Source: Longimicrobiales bacterium
GTDB taxonomy: Bacteria; Gemmatimonadota; Gemmatimonadetes; Longimicrobiales; Gaopeijiaceae
Direction: 5' to 3'
DNA: 64,000 nt
Assembly (NCBI GenBank): GCA_965202985.1
Contig: CBDBCF010000002.1
Span: forward strand, 544,001 to 608,000
Part shown: positions 58,301-63,880 of the stretch, one piece after another
How the letters are laid out: each line of letters starts with the position of its first letter
Position numbering within the stretch: the first letter of the stretch is position 1
Translations under genes and position numbers: made by a program
Notes under the pieces: model-generated
What the model was told of the DNA's origin: nothing
What the model saw: only the letters and a program-made list of their open reading frames with translations
Database searches by the model: none

Positions 58301-58535
58301 TGATGGTGTCGCCCGCCGCGTACGTGCTGTCCGTCCCCGCAGAGCTGACGATCTTCAGACTGTCCAGGTTCGCGGACTGGGCGCTCAGCGGCGGCGCCGC
58401 CGTGGTCCCGAGCGCTGCCAGCAGGCCGAGGGCCGCGAGCGCGGTTCTCGCTACCGGCATCGCGTGCGTCCAGAACCGGGCCGGGCCGGTCGAAGGGCAA
58501 GGGGGGGGGGGGGGGGGGGGGGGATTCGTCATCAT
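43359..58535 (-). CDS. Giant (5058 aa) autotransporter adhesin: ~29 Ig-like repeats, ~6 cadherin-like domains, C-terminal beta-barrel
   Basis: Uninterrupted ORF; signal peptide (alternative start MPVART at 58460); repeats; cadherin motifs; amphipathic beta-strands ending GRIVF. Confidence 0.88.
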   Translation of the reverse strand: MMTNPPPPPPPPCPSTGPARFWTHAMPVARTALAALGLLAALGTTAAPPLSAQSANLDSLKIVSSAGTDSTYAAGDTIKIRTYWSLGVNAYADDGIILRITIGSVNRNAVGGAASGFGSAAPTGQATGGGNAWVELWYLVQTSDMDADGISTHSFLNGSVETSASGDFANLSLGSNAITNAAAHKVDGAQGYPKVTGVTISSSAGSDSTYAADDTIAVTVAFDSAVAVTGTPQLALGIGSQTRQASYASGTGSASLVFRYVVVAADSDTDGISIGASALSLNGGTIRLGTKDAVLSSLGSHAIANAAAHKVSTPPIVSGVVFPTTPADSTWYKAQHIHVAVQFSASVWVTGTPRLALGIGANTRQASYVSGSGSDSLVFRYEVVGADEDTDGLSIGASALTLNSGTIKASSDSMDATLSLGSHAVSSAAAHKVDGITRVINGIGWVADAGPDSTFAFGDELGFNVYFNGSINPPFAGQVWFNLRIGSRLVRMDYIGVGSNSLSFRYYITTADVDADGLSIEEDALVGSVSGGGRAANTTLSILGVSFMNDATRKVDGLRGVPDVQRTSITSDAGNDSTYVRGDVIEVGVVFDENVAVTGTPRLALTIGANTRQADYVSGSGGDSLTFRYAVTPADADNTGISYSASALTLNGGTIKGTVLYGGSPRDAYLNLGTQVVADDAAHKVNGATGPPVVTGVAIASDAGNDSAYAVSDVIEVGVVFVENVDVTGTPQLALTIGSQTRQASYASGTGGDSLTFRYTVVAGDVDTDGLSIGESALTLNGGTIRRAGSTTVDAVLGLTVHAVTNAAAHRVWGVQGLPHVTGTAIASDPGTDSTYAFGDTIEVAVLFNENVNVTGTPRLALEIGAATRQANYVSGTGGDSLTFRYVTVAADTDSTGISYLADALTLNGGTIRRVATTVNAVVSLLTHVVTDDATHKVLPTSNKVTGLSVNSAGEDSIFARGDTVKVTLAFRETTVVTGTPRARIWLGAGQGWANYHSGSGTSQLEFRYVVQSGIEDKTGVGILSDAVDLNGGTIRDANQINVNPWIDASLTIVDDPRWKVAGSARVTSVSVGRPPTGDVFERGDTIVVTLVYSDSVDVTGVPTAWLKLTSATHRPATYVSGTGTDTLEFRYVVEAGDHDNDGLSLYGNAIQLTGGSTIREAGTTTSALHDTPWPHAGQDAVSNSAGHKVAGAARIASLSLGSPTVGDTFERGDTIKVTLVYTDSVDVTGVPTVWVAIGSNNFAGATYASGTGTDTLEFHRVVQSADSDSDGISIVGNALQLTGGSTIREAGTTTNTFLGVPWVGSGNAVTNSAGHKVAGSQLTAPTVTGVAISSSAGADNAYGFADTIAATVSFVRPVTATGTPQLALSIGDSTRQADYSSGTGTGALEFRYVVAASDVDADGLSIGGSALALNGGTIVDVRDGSTAASLGLGSHAITNASAHKVRGDVPVVRAAFFLSAANSGLAYASTDSVFGLGDEIRVGISFSTSVTATGTPRLALGIGAQTRSAAQCGTTSGGAILVFCYTVVAADADATGISIGANALTLPGGATIRATGTTTDARLSLVPWNFADAAAFQVDGTKEVAPGVSGVTISSAPAGDSTYGRTEAIEVEVEFERSVAVTGVPQLALSIDTLTRQASYARGSGTWALVFRYVVVAVDADSTGIGIGASALALNGGTIVLSGGTTAATLGLGTHAIANDAAHKVDGNLGPPGVSALTIGSPVVGDEFERGETIEVELVFNRAVDVTGTPRLALTIGSATRQASYASGTGTTSLVFRYVVASGDADADGLSIGAGALTLSGGTIRLAGGTLDATLGLGASAVTNSGGHQVAGGTFTVPAVSAVTISSAPASGQTYQLGESIEVKVAFGRPVAVTGTPRLALTIGTVARQASYESATSKADTLVFGYAVRPSDADADGLSIGASALTLNGGTIADVRPGAAAAALGLGSSAVTNDASHKVNGGLGPPGVTGLTVASPPTGTTFERGDTVVATVRFNKSVDVTGTPRLALGIGSQTRQAAYASGTGTAALVFRYVVVTADVDADGLSVGTSALTLNGGTIDVAGGTTDALLSLEHQAFENFLVVNGGLFTASSVSGVSISSSPASDSTYGRTEAIGVEVTFDRNVAVTGAPQLALGIGSQTRQAAYASGSGTKTLTFQYTVVAADADANGLSIGTSALALNGGTIADARDASEAAGLGLGSNAISNAAAHKVDGAQGPPGVIGVVVGSPPVGDTFERGDAVAATVTFNRPVAVTGTPQLALGIGTQTRQASYASGSGTASLVFQYTVVQADVDADGLSIGTSALALNSGTIRLSGGTLDATLGLGTHAISNSGSHKVAGGTFTASSVSGVAISSSPSSGDTYGLGEEIEVEVTFVRPVNVTGAPQVALTVGAATRQAEYASGTGTKTLTFGYEVVAGDADANGIGIGTSALALNSGTINDARDGTTAASLGLGSSAVSNAAAHKVDGSLGPPGVTGLSIGSPQVGDTFERGETIEVEVVFNKSVAVTGTPQLQLRFSSGSKQADYASGTGTDTLVFRYVVVAADADADGLGIGASDLRLNGGTIRRSGATTDAVLGLGSHAVIRSTGHKVAGGTFTASAVSGVAITSAPSSDSTYGRTEVIEVEVGFTRPVTVTGRPQLALTIGSQTRQASYASGSGTATLAFRYTVVATDADSTGIGIAATALALNGGTINDARGGTTVASLGLGSNAISNAAAHKVDGSRGPPGVTSLTIGSPVVGDVFERGETIEVSLVFNRSVDVTGEPRLALTIGSATRQAAYASGTGTDSLVFRYVVAAGDADSDGISIGSSALALSGGTIKVAGGTLDATLGLGSSAVTNSGGHKVAGGTFTTPAPSAVTISSVPASGQTYQLGESIEVKVAFGRPVAVTGSPRLALTIGTQTRQAGYESATSKADTLVFGYAVRPSDADADGLSVGASALTLNGGAIADVRPGAAAASLDLGSSAVTNDVSHKVNGGLGPPGVTGLTVAPPPGGTFERGDTVVATVTFNKAVDVTGTPQLALGIGGQTRQAAYASGTGTAALVFRYVVVTADADADGLSVGASALALNSGTIDVAGGTTDALLSLAHHAIGNDGALRVAGGTFTASSVSGVTISSSPAGGGTYGLSEEIEVEVTFDRNVTVTGSPELALTIGTQTRQASYATTTGGRVLSFAYTVVAADADGNGLSIGAGALGLNGGTIVDARDTSEAASLGLGSHAISNAGSHRVDGTQGPPGVSGVSIASPVVGDTFERGDTVVATVVFNKAVDVTGTPQLALGIGSTTKQASYASGTGTASLVFRYVVVTADADADGISIAASALALNGGTIDVAGGTVDAVLGLGTHAVLNSDGHKVAGVTFTAASVSGVALISSPAVATTYGRDERIEVQVTFNRRVTVTGTPRVALTVGAQTRQADYVSGTGTRALTFRYTVVAADADTDGISIGASALALNSGAIADARDGSTAAVLGLGSHALSAAAGHKVDGTLAGASVSGVAVSSTPDSADTYGLGERIEVQVTFDRAVTVTGSPELALTVGTVARQASYAGGSGTATLSFAYRVRGAGSGGSGTGGVDADADGVGVAAAALTLNGGTIVNTADGVRPATLALSAHVIAAAANDKVDGTIEVAPVVVGVAVTSEPVATGLYGAGGVIRVEVTFSRPVDVAGASSSPALAASMSAATAANTAAARLALDVGGTTRHARYVSGSGTAVLAFEYVVRPADRDPDGISIPTDALAESAGALRIAGGTTLVALDLGAHAVTDLVDHAVNGAGSLDPVFGRLEYEFELAENVAGPLPVGEVVATSPLGAEMRYGLESGGEGLFEVDVGSGVVTYVGGGEDAEQRSEYVMLVVAVTDGVGEDEQLETVAKVTVKVVNENDEAPSFVEDGWAFELAEDAAGPLVLGVLEAVDPDEGDTLTYALVAGDAERFELDGETGELRYVGGGEDYEAGAGPWVLEATATDLLGRTARTTATVVVADVNEPPSFADSAYAFELAENAAGPLVLGAVRATDPDRDDPPVYSLAEGDAERFEVDAVTGEVRYVGAGEDAETDPESWQLEVRATDRGGVAASARVVVALLDRNEAPVFAAERYEWEFEENVAGPLVLGAVEAADPDRADTLVYSLSGEGAALFEVDAATGEVRYAGAGEDYETGPASWEFEVVATDGEGLAARAVATVALLDVNEAPAFSDSAYAFELAENAAGPLTLGAVEATDPDRGDAPAYSLALAEGDGARFEVDARTGEVRYVGSGEDYEQGPPTFALTVRATDTGGLTAEAGVSVTLLDVNEGPEAVGAMSPKTLEAYGDAVEEELGQYFRDPDGDALTYAVESSAPAVAAVTVTGAGRLSIAPQAIGEAVVTVRASDPGGLSARQQVRVTVEASRSERARALELTLAAFGRSLGTETVDAIGGRLGLGSSGALGRSHVQLGGRSLACGAPGAVSGGFGGGVPGVASAARDQTDGGVAASADGRTDGDAANAVHEQADAGEGHAEGGDDSGAAGIGGSGHCGLESLVRGATGLLGLQITHPGSAEAAGGTVDLAALFFGDGRGGAFGQPTAGGMGGMGGAYQGRQQPEAGRADRGGLTFNPVDARGLRSQSSFQLAFGGQNGAAAGEASGASASSQAAVRSGWTVWGQANLGEFEGRPRDGFAMDGRTRSAYLGLDYRFGSGFLMGLAGSRSDMEAGFDSDVNGAGSVAARLTSLYPYLHWSSGGGFGVWGLAGAGRGDATLEESAGGRFDTDLEMRMGALGVRQELTGGLALKADAFAVRILSDEVAGLAGVTADAQRVRLAPEIGGQWSLGGGLAMRTRLEVGGRFDGGDAETGMGAEAGAEVGLAHQASGFSMTARGRALLVHQERDFKDWGAGFSLRLQPGGGGESEGGLSFSVEPTWGDAGRGARALWQGGADVWRTAGAGGFGAPGGAARPVGANLPAGTGLAQSPSDPSAQGVSATHGDPAAGASPGPGLPAGAGVLPSATGAPGWAPDRLAMEVGYGVMLAGGAQVKPFGRWSREGPTGHRVNVGTRWSLLGGETTGQEPAAPGLRLMMDLFGEHIASGVQPPERRIGLSGRIVF
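45432..47237 (-). repeat. Five cadherin repeats plus one cadherin-like domain
   Basis: FELAEN..GPL.LG.V.A.DPD...Y...F..D..TG..RY.G.GEDYE...ATD...DVNE.P.F recurs. Confidence 0.85.
47250..58373 (-). repeat. ~29 tandem ~125-aa Ig-like repeats
   Basis: Consensus VTGTPxLALxIG...RQAxYASG...LxFxYxV...DADxDGxSIGxxALxLNGGTI...HKVxG; units counted by eye. Confidence 0.85.
58501..58523. repeat. G23 homopolymer (C23 on the coding strand) at the 5' end of the adhesin gene
   Basis: 23 consecutive G; encodes PPPPPPPP after MMTN. Confidence 0.9.
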
Positions 58536-58624
58536 TTTCGTCGCCTACAAATTGGGCTCTTCGCTTAAAATTGCTTGCTGGGACCGACTCCGGGGCGTTG
58601 CGTGACAAGATAAACAAACGTTGC

Positions 58625-59785
58625 TCAGAGCGGCACCACGGCCGTGGCCTCCACTTCGACCAGGGCCGCCGGGTGGACCAGAGCGGATACGGCCACGAGG
58701 GACATGGCGGGGAAGTGCTTGCCGAAGACCGCCCGGTATCGGACCCCGATCTCGGACAGGGAGCTGCGGTAGGCGGTCATGTCGGTGACGTAGACGACCA
58801 TGCGCCCCACGTCGGCCGGGCGACCTCCGGCAGCCTCCACGACCCGCGCCACGTTGGCCAGCGCCGCGCCGAACTGCTCGGGCAGCGTCGAGGCCGCGAT
58901 TCGCCCGGAGGAGTCCGCGGCGATCTGGCCCGCCACGAAGAGCGCGCGGCCGCCGGGGCGCGCCAGCATTCCGTTGTTCCAGCCCCGGGGACGGCCGAGC
59001 GCGGGAGGGTTGACGATCTCGAAGGCCGGCGAAGGTTCGACCGCCGGGGCGCCTCCGGCGGACATGCGCGCCATCACGTCCTGGGCCACCTCCTCGGGCT
59101 GAAGCAGGCGGCCTTCGGGCTGAGTCCGGGCGATCCGGTCCCGCACCTCGTCCGGGGTTCGGCCGGTCTTGGCCGCGACGCGTCGCGTGTTCTCGTCGGT
59201 CATGGGCGTGTCCACGTAGCCCGGGCAAACCGCGTCGGCCACGACGCCCGTGCCGGCGAGCTCGGCCGCCAGGCACCGGGTCATGCCCAGGAGGGCGTGC
59301 TTGGAGGCGGCATACGCGGCGATGTACCGGGCGCCGGCCAGGGCGGCCACCGAGGCCACGTTGACGATGCGCCCCCACCGCTGTTCCAGCATCGCGGGGA
59401 GGAACGCCTGGGTGCACAAGAGCGGTCCGGTGGCGTTCACGCGGTGAAGGGTCTCCCAATCGTCGAGCGAGATTCGGGCGAACGGCGCCGAAGCGGACGC
59501 CCCGGCGTTGTTGACCAGGACGAGAGGCGGCGTGCCCAGCAGCTCGCGGGCCCGTCTCGCCATGGAACGGACGGAGGCCGTGTCGGCCACGTCGCACACG
59601 ACGGCGTGGGCCTCGGCGCCCCGACCGCGCAGCGCTTCGGCCACGGCGCGAACCTGGGCGGCCGTTCGCGCGGCGACCACTACCCTTGCGCCGGCGGCCG
59701 CGAGCGCCTGGGCCACGGCGGCCCCGATCCCTCGGCCACCGCCGGTCACCACCGCCCCCTTCCCCGCCAAGTCCCCGCCGGTCAC
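58625..59785 (-). CDS. SDR oxidoreductase fused to a Rid (YjgF/UK114) domain
   Basis: TGGGRGIG, NNAG, YAASK, PGYVDT; C-terminal LFVAGQIA...FPAMSLV...LVEVEATAV; GTGA coupling. Confidence 0.85.
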   Translation of the reverse strand: MTGGDLAGKGAVVTGGGRGIGAAVAQALAAAGARVVVAARTAAQVRAVAEALRGRGAEAHAVVCDVADTASVRSMARRARELLGTPPLVLVNNAGASASAPFARISLDDWETLHRVNATGPLLCTQAFLPAMLEQRWGRIVNVASVAALAGARYIAAYAASKHALLGMTRCLAAELAGTGVVADAVCPGYVDTPMTDENTRRVAAKTGRTPDEVRDRIARTQPEGRLLQPEEVAQDVMARMSAGGAPAVEPSPAFEIVNPPALGRPRGWNNGMLARPGGRALFVAGQIAADSSGRIAASTLPEQFGAALANVARVVEAAGGRPADVGRMVVYVTDMTAYRSSLSEIGVRYRAVFGKHFPAMSLVAVSALVHPAALVEVEATAVVPL

Positions 59786-60645
59786 CGGCCCGTCCCTTCG
59801 GCGCGGGCGGCGGCGTCCAGGGCTTGGGCGGCAGCGTCCACGATGATCCCGCCCAGCACCTCGACCGTGGCGCGTCCTTCGGCGGAGGTGGCCGCCGCCG
59901 GGTCGCCGCAGTAGGCGTCCGGCACGCCGGCCTCGTCGAAGTCGGCGGCGCCGCGACGGGCCGCGGCCGACAGGGAGACCAGGCGGGGCGGAAGCCGGCG
60001 GCGGGCTTCGTCCCGTACCCGCTCGGGAGCGAAGGCCATCACCACCGACGTCTCGTAGCGGCCCGCGTGGCAGGCGCCGCTGCGGAACTCGGGCGTGAGC
60101 CGGGGCGCCCAGGGCTTCCGCGTGATGTCCGGAAAGACGACCGGCATGGCGCGGCCGCGACGGGACGGAGCGGCTTGGACGGCCCGGTGCAGCGCGGCCA
60201 AGTGGGCGGGGTCCAGGTGGGCGTTCGCCAGGACCAGAAGCTCGGCACCTTGGCGTTCCAGCGAAGCGGCAACGTCCCGCACCAGCGCGGCGACGGTGGC
60301 GGGCCGGACCGAGATCGTGCCGGGGAAGGCGGCGGCGAAAGGGGCCGCCGTGTAGGCCAGGGGCGGCAGCACCAGCGGGTGCAGGCCCAGGCGCCGGAGA
60401 CCGGGGACCGCGGCGTCCGCCGCCGCGCGGGCGATGACCACGTCCGTGTCCAGCGGCAGGTGAGGGCCGTGGGCCTCGACCGCTCCGACGGGGAGCAGCG
60501 CCGCCACGCGGGAGCGAAGGCGACGAGCGAGCGGCGCGCCGGGCGCGGGCGCTTCGTCGCCGTCGCCGCCGGTGTCCCCGCCGCGCGCCAGATCCGTCCA
60601 AGCCGCGCGTCCCCAGCGGCGTTCGTCCATTGACCGGCTCTTCAT
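59782..60645 (-). CDS. Creatininase/ArfB-family amidohydrolase
   Basis: LPVGAVEAHGPHLPLDTD, FPGTIS, NAH, HAGRYETS; start at 60645 or 60630. Confidence 0.85.
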   Translation of the reverse strand: MKSRSMDERRWGRAAWTDLARGGDTGGDGDEAPAPGAPLARRLRSRVAALLPVGAVEAHGPHLPLDTDVVIARAAADAAVPGLRRLGLHPLVLPPLAYTAAPFAAAFPGTISVRPATVAALVRDVAASLERQGAELLVLANAHLDPAHLAALHRAVQAAPSRRGRAMPVVFPDITRKPWAPRLTPEFRSGACHAGRYETSVVMAFAPERVRDEARRRLPPRLVSLSAAARRGAADFDEAGVPDAYCGDPAAATSAEGRATVEVLGGIIVDAAAQALDAAARAEGTGR

Positions 60646-60666
60646 CGTCCCCAAATGTACGCAACC

Positions 60667-62259
60667 ATGAGACCGGAACCGTCGGCGCCGCCGAACATCG
60701 CGGACTACTTCCTGGACGACCGGGTCCGCGAGGGGCGCGGAGACGGGATCGCCGTCCGCACCGCGCACGGGACCACGACGTACGCCGAGCTCCAGGCTCG
60801 GGCCAACCAGTTCGCCAACGCGCTCTCCGAGATGGGCGTCGGGCCGCGCGAGCGGGTCATGGTGGCGCTGGCCGACGGCCCCGACTTCGCCGCCGCCCTC
60901 TTCGGCGCCGTCAAGACCGGGGCGGCCGCCGTCATGGCGAACCCCCGGCTGCCGCCGCGCCAACTGCGGGAGCTGTTCGCCTACGTGGAGCCGCGGACGG
61001 CCGTGGTGGACGCAAGCCGCGCCCGGTACTTCCGTCGGGCCCGGTGGGGCGTGGACGAAGCGCCCGACTTGCTGACGATGGGGAACGAGCCCCGGCGCCG
61101 ACCTCGCGAGGCGGAGGACCAGCAGGGCGACCGGAGCGGCTCGATGGTGGACGCGGCCCCGACCGAGTTCTCCAACTTCGCGGCCGGTCCCGACGACCCG
61201 GCGATCTTTCTGTTCTCGGGCGGGACCACGGGCGTACCCAAGGCGGTCGTCCAGGGCCACGCTTCGTTCGCCAACTCCACCGAGCGCTACGCCAAGGGGG
61301 TCCTGGGCATGGGACCGGACGACGTCACCCTGTCCGTGCCCAAGCTCTACTTCGGGTACGCCACCGGGTCGAACCTGTTCTTCCCGATGGCCGTGGGCGC
61401 TTCGACGGCGCTGTTTCCGGAACGGTGCACGGCCGACGAGGTCTTCCGGCAGATCGAGCGGCATCGTCCCACGATTCTGATCAACGTTCCCACCATGGTG
61501 AATCAGATGGTGGCCCACCCGGACGCCGAGTCCCGCGACCTGAGCTGCCTGCGCTTGGCCACGTCCGCCGGAGAGCCCCTGCCCCGCCGCCTGCACGAGC
61601 GCTGGAACGACGCTTTCGGCGTGGAGCTGCTGGACGGGCTGGGCACCGCCGAGATGTGGCATGTGTTCATCTCCAACCGTCCCGGACAGGTGCGGATGGG
61701 CACGCTGGGCACGCCGGTGCCGGGCTTCGAAGTGAGTCTGCTGAACGAAAAGGGACGAGAGGCCGCCCCGGGCGAGACCGGACGGATGCGGGTTCGCGGC
61801 GGGTCGCTGGCCCAAGGCTACTGGAGACGCCCGGGCGACACGCGGAGCGCGTTCGTCGGGGGGTGGTATGTTTCGGGGGACATGATGACCCGGGACGCCG
61901 ACGGGCGCTTCGCCTACCGGGGCCGGGCCGACGACTTGCTCAAGGTCGCCGGGAAGTGGGTCTCGCCAGCGGAGGTGGAGGACTGTCTCATGGAGTGCCC
62001 CGAAGTGCAGGAGGCCGTGGTGGCGGGAGTGGAGACGCCCGACGAGCTGGTGGTGCCCGAGGCGTTCGTCGTGGCGCGGCCGGGAACGAACGTCGGGGTC
62101 GCGGCCAAGGCGGTTCGGGAGCGCTTGGCGGAGCGGCTTCAGCCTTACAAGCGCCCTCGGCGCCTTCACTTCCTGGACGCGCTGCCCCGCACCCACCTGG
62201 GGAAGGTGGACCGGGGAGCGCTCAAGTCCGGCCGGCGGGGACCCGGCTTCCCGGCGTGA
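60667..62259 (+). CDS. Benzoate/2-aminobenzoate-CoA ligase family protein
   Basis: FSGGTTGVPK, KLYFGYATG, SAGEPLP, DGLGTAEMWH, GRADDLLKVAG, LPRTHLGK; start at 60655 or 60667. Confidence 0.87.
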   Translation: MRPEPSAPPNIADYFLDDRVREGRGDGIAVRTAHGTTTYAELQARANQFANALSEMGVGPRERVMVALADGPDFAAALFGAVKTGAAAVMANPRLPPRQLRELFAYVEPRTAVVDASRARYFRRARWGVDEAPDLLTMGNEPRRRPREAEDQQGDRSGSMVDAAPTEFSNFAAGPDDPAIFLFSGGTTGVPKAVVQGHASFANSTERYAKGVLGMGPDDVTLSVPKLYFGYATGSNLFFPMAVGASTALFPERCTADEVFRQIERHRPTILINVPTMVNQMVAHPDAESRDLSCLRLATSAGEPLPRRLHERWNDAFGVELLDGLGTAEMWHVFISNRPGQVRMGTLGTPVPGFEVSLLNEKGREAAPGETGRMRVRGGSLAQGYWRRPGDTRSAFVGGWYVSGDMMTRDADGRFAYRGRADDLLKVAGKWVSPAEVEDCLMECPEVQEAVVAGVETPDELVVPEAFVVARPGTNVGVAAKAVRERLAERLQPYKRPRRLHFLDALPRTHLGKVDRGALKSGRRGPGFPA

Positions 62260-62876
62260 GCGCTCCGCTTCGCATTCCCGTGCTCGCCGGCTCCGTGCGT
62301 CGCGGTCGGCAGTCGATCAACGTGGCCCGCTTCGCGTGCGACCGGCTGGCCCGGACGGGCATCGAGGCGCCGCTGCTCGACTTGGCCGAGATCGACCTTC
62401 CGATCATGGAAGAGCGCCTGCACATGCGCGACGATCCGCCTCCGGGGCTGGTGGAGTTCGCGCGGGCGATCTCGGAGGCCGACGCGGTCGTTGTGGTGAG
62501 CCCCGAGTACCACGGGTCGATCCCCGGCGTGCTCAAGAACGCGCTGGACTACCTGCGCGGCGAGTGGGACCGGACGCCGGTGGGCATCGTCACCGTGTCG
62601 GCGGGCGGCTTCGGGGGCGTGCAGGTGCACAACCACCTGCAACTGTTGTTCCTGCGTCTCAAGGCGGTTCCCGTGGCGGCGATGGCCGTGTCGCACGTTT
62701 CCGGGAGCTTCGACGACGACGCCTCCGGACCCGAGGAGCGCTACGAGAAGGGGTTCGCGCAGCTGACCGAGACGCTGCGGTGGTACGCCGAGGCCCTGGG
62801 CGCCGCCAAGACCGCTGACGCGAGTCGGGACGGCGCCGGCGGTCCGCCCGCCGGGAGGGACGCGGGGCGCGGCTGA
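62256..62876 (+). CDS. NADPH-dependent FMN reductase
   Basis: GSVRRGRQS, SPEYHGSIPGVLKNALD; GTGA coupling. Confidence 0.9.
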   Translation: MSAPLRIPVLAGSVRRGRQSINVARFACDRLARTGIEAPLLDLAEIDLPIMEERLHMRDDPPPGLVEFARAISEADAVVVVSPEYHGSIPGVLKNALDYLRGEWDRTPVGIVTVSAGGFGGVQVHNHLQLLFLRLKAVPVAAMAVSHVSGSFDDDASGPEERYEKGFAQLTETLRWYAEALGAAKTADASRDGAGGPPAGRDAGRG

Positions 62877-62928
62877 CCCCTCTCCCCGCCTTCCCGAAGA
62901 CCCGCCCTTCCGCCTGCGCCTGCTCGCC

Positions 62929-63858
62929 GTGGCAACCAACGAGACCGTCACGCCTCACCGGGACCGCAGGTCGGACCTGCTGGACCCGGCCACGCTGGCG
63001 CAGCTGGGCGGGATCGACATCGTTGCCCGACACGTGGTCCACGGCTTTCTGCTGGGACTGCACCGTTCGCCCAACCGCGGGTTCTCGGCCGAGTTCGCCG
63101 AACTGCGGGCGTACCGTCCCGGCGACGACCTGCGAACCCTGGACTGGCGCATGTACGCGCGATCCGATCGGTTCTACGTCAAGCAGTACGAGGAAGAGAC
63201 CAACCTGCGGGCGCATCTGCTGATCGACGCGAGCGAGTCCATGGCCTGGTCGTCCCGGGCGGGCCTGCCGTCGAAGCTGTGGTACGCCAAGCACTTGGCG
63301 GCGGCCCTGTCGCTGATCTTGATTCGACAGGGCGACATCGTGGGCCTGGTGGCGTTCCGCGATCGGATCGTTCGCCAAGTCCGCGCCCGGGGCGGCAAGG
63401 TACACTGGCGGATGTTGCTGCGGCACCTGCACGCCCTGGAGAGCGGCGGCCGGACCGACGCCGAGTCGGTGCTGCGCAAGGTGGCGATGCGACTGAGGCG
63501 CAAGGGGCTGGTCGTCCTGATCTCGGACCTCTTGCTGGAGCCCGCGGAGACGGCCAAGGCCCTGAAGTACTTGCAGCACACCGGCCACGAGGTGCTCGTG
63601 TTCCACTTGGTGGACCCGGGCGAACGAGACCTGCCCACGACGGGCGAGACCCGCTTCGTGGACCCGGAGACGGGCGAATCGCTGCAGGTGTCCGTGGCCG
63701 ACATGCGCCGACAGTATCGAAGCGCCGTCGAGGACGCCGTGGCCGAATGGACGAACGTGCTGACCAGCCGGGGGATCGCGTACGCCACGATCGGCACCGA
63801 CGAGCCCCTGTCCAGAGCGCTTCGCTTCTATCTGTGGAAGCGACAGCGGCTTCCGTAG
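62929..63858 (+). CDS. DUF58 domain protein (MoxR-associated, VWA-like)
   Basis: EFAELRAYRPGDDLRTLDW, YVKQYEEETN, LIDASESM, VLISDL. Confidence 0.9.
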   Translation: MATNETVTPHRDRRSDLLDPATLAQLGGIDIVARHVVHGFLLGLHRSPNRGFSAEFAELRAYRPGDDLRTLDWRMYARSDRFYVKQYEEETNLRAHLLIDASESMAWSSRAGLPSKLWYAKHLAAALSLILIRQGDIVGLVAFRDRIVRQVRARGGKVHWRMLLRHLHALESGGRTDAESVLRKVAMRLRRKGLVVLISDLLLEPAETAKALKYLQHTGHEVLVFHLVDPGERDLPTTGETRFVDPETGESLQVSVADMRRQYRSAVEDAVAEWTNVLTSRGIAYATIGTDEPLSRALRFYLWKRQRLP

Positions 63859-63880
63859 GAGGGAGCGGCAAGGGCGGCGA

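Noticed and set aside
43359..58535. Diversity-generating retroelement acting on the adhesin
   Set aside because: No reverse transcriptase and no template/variable pair differing only at adenines was seen; repeat differences involve all bases
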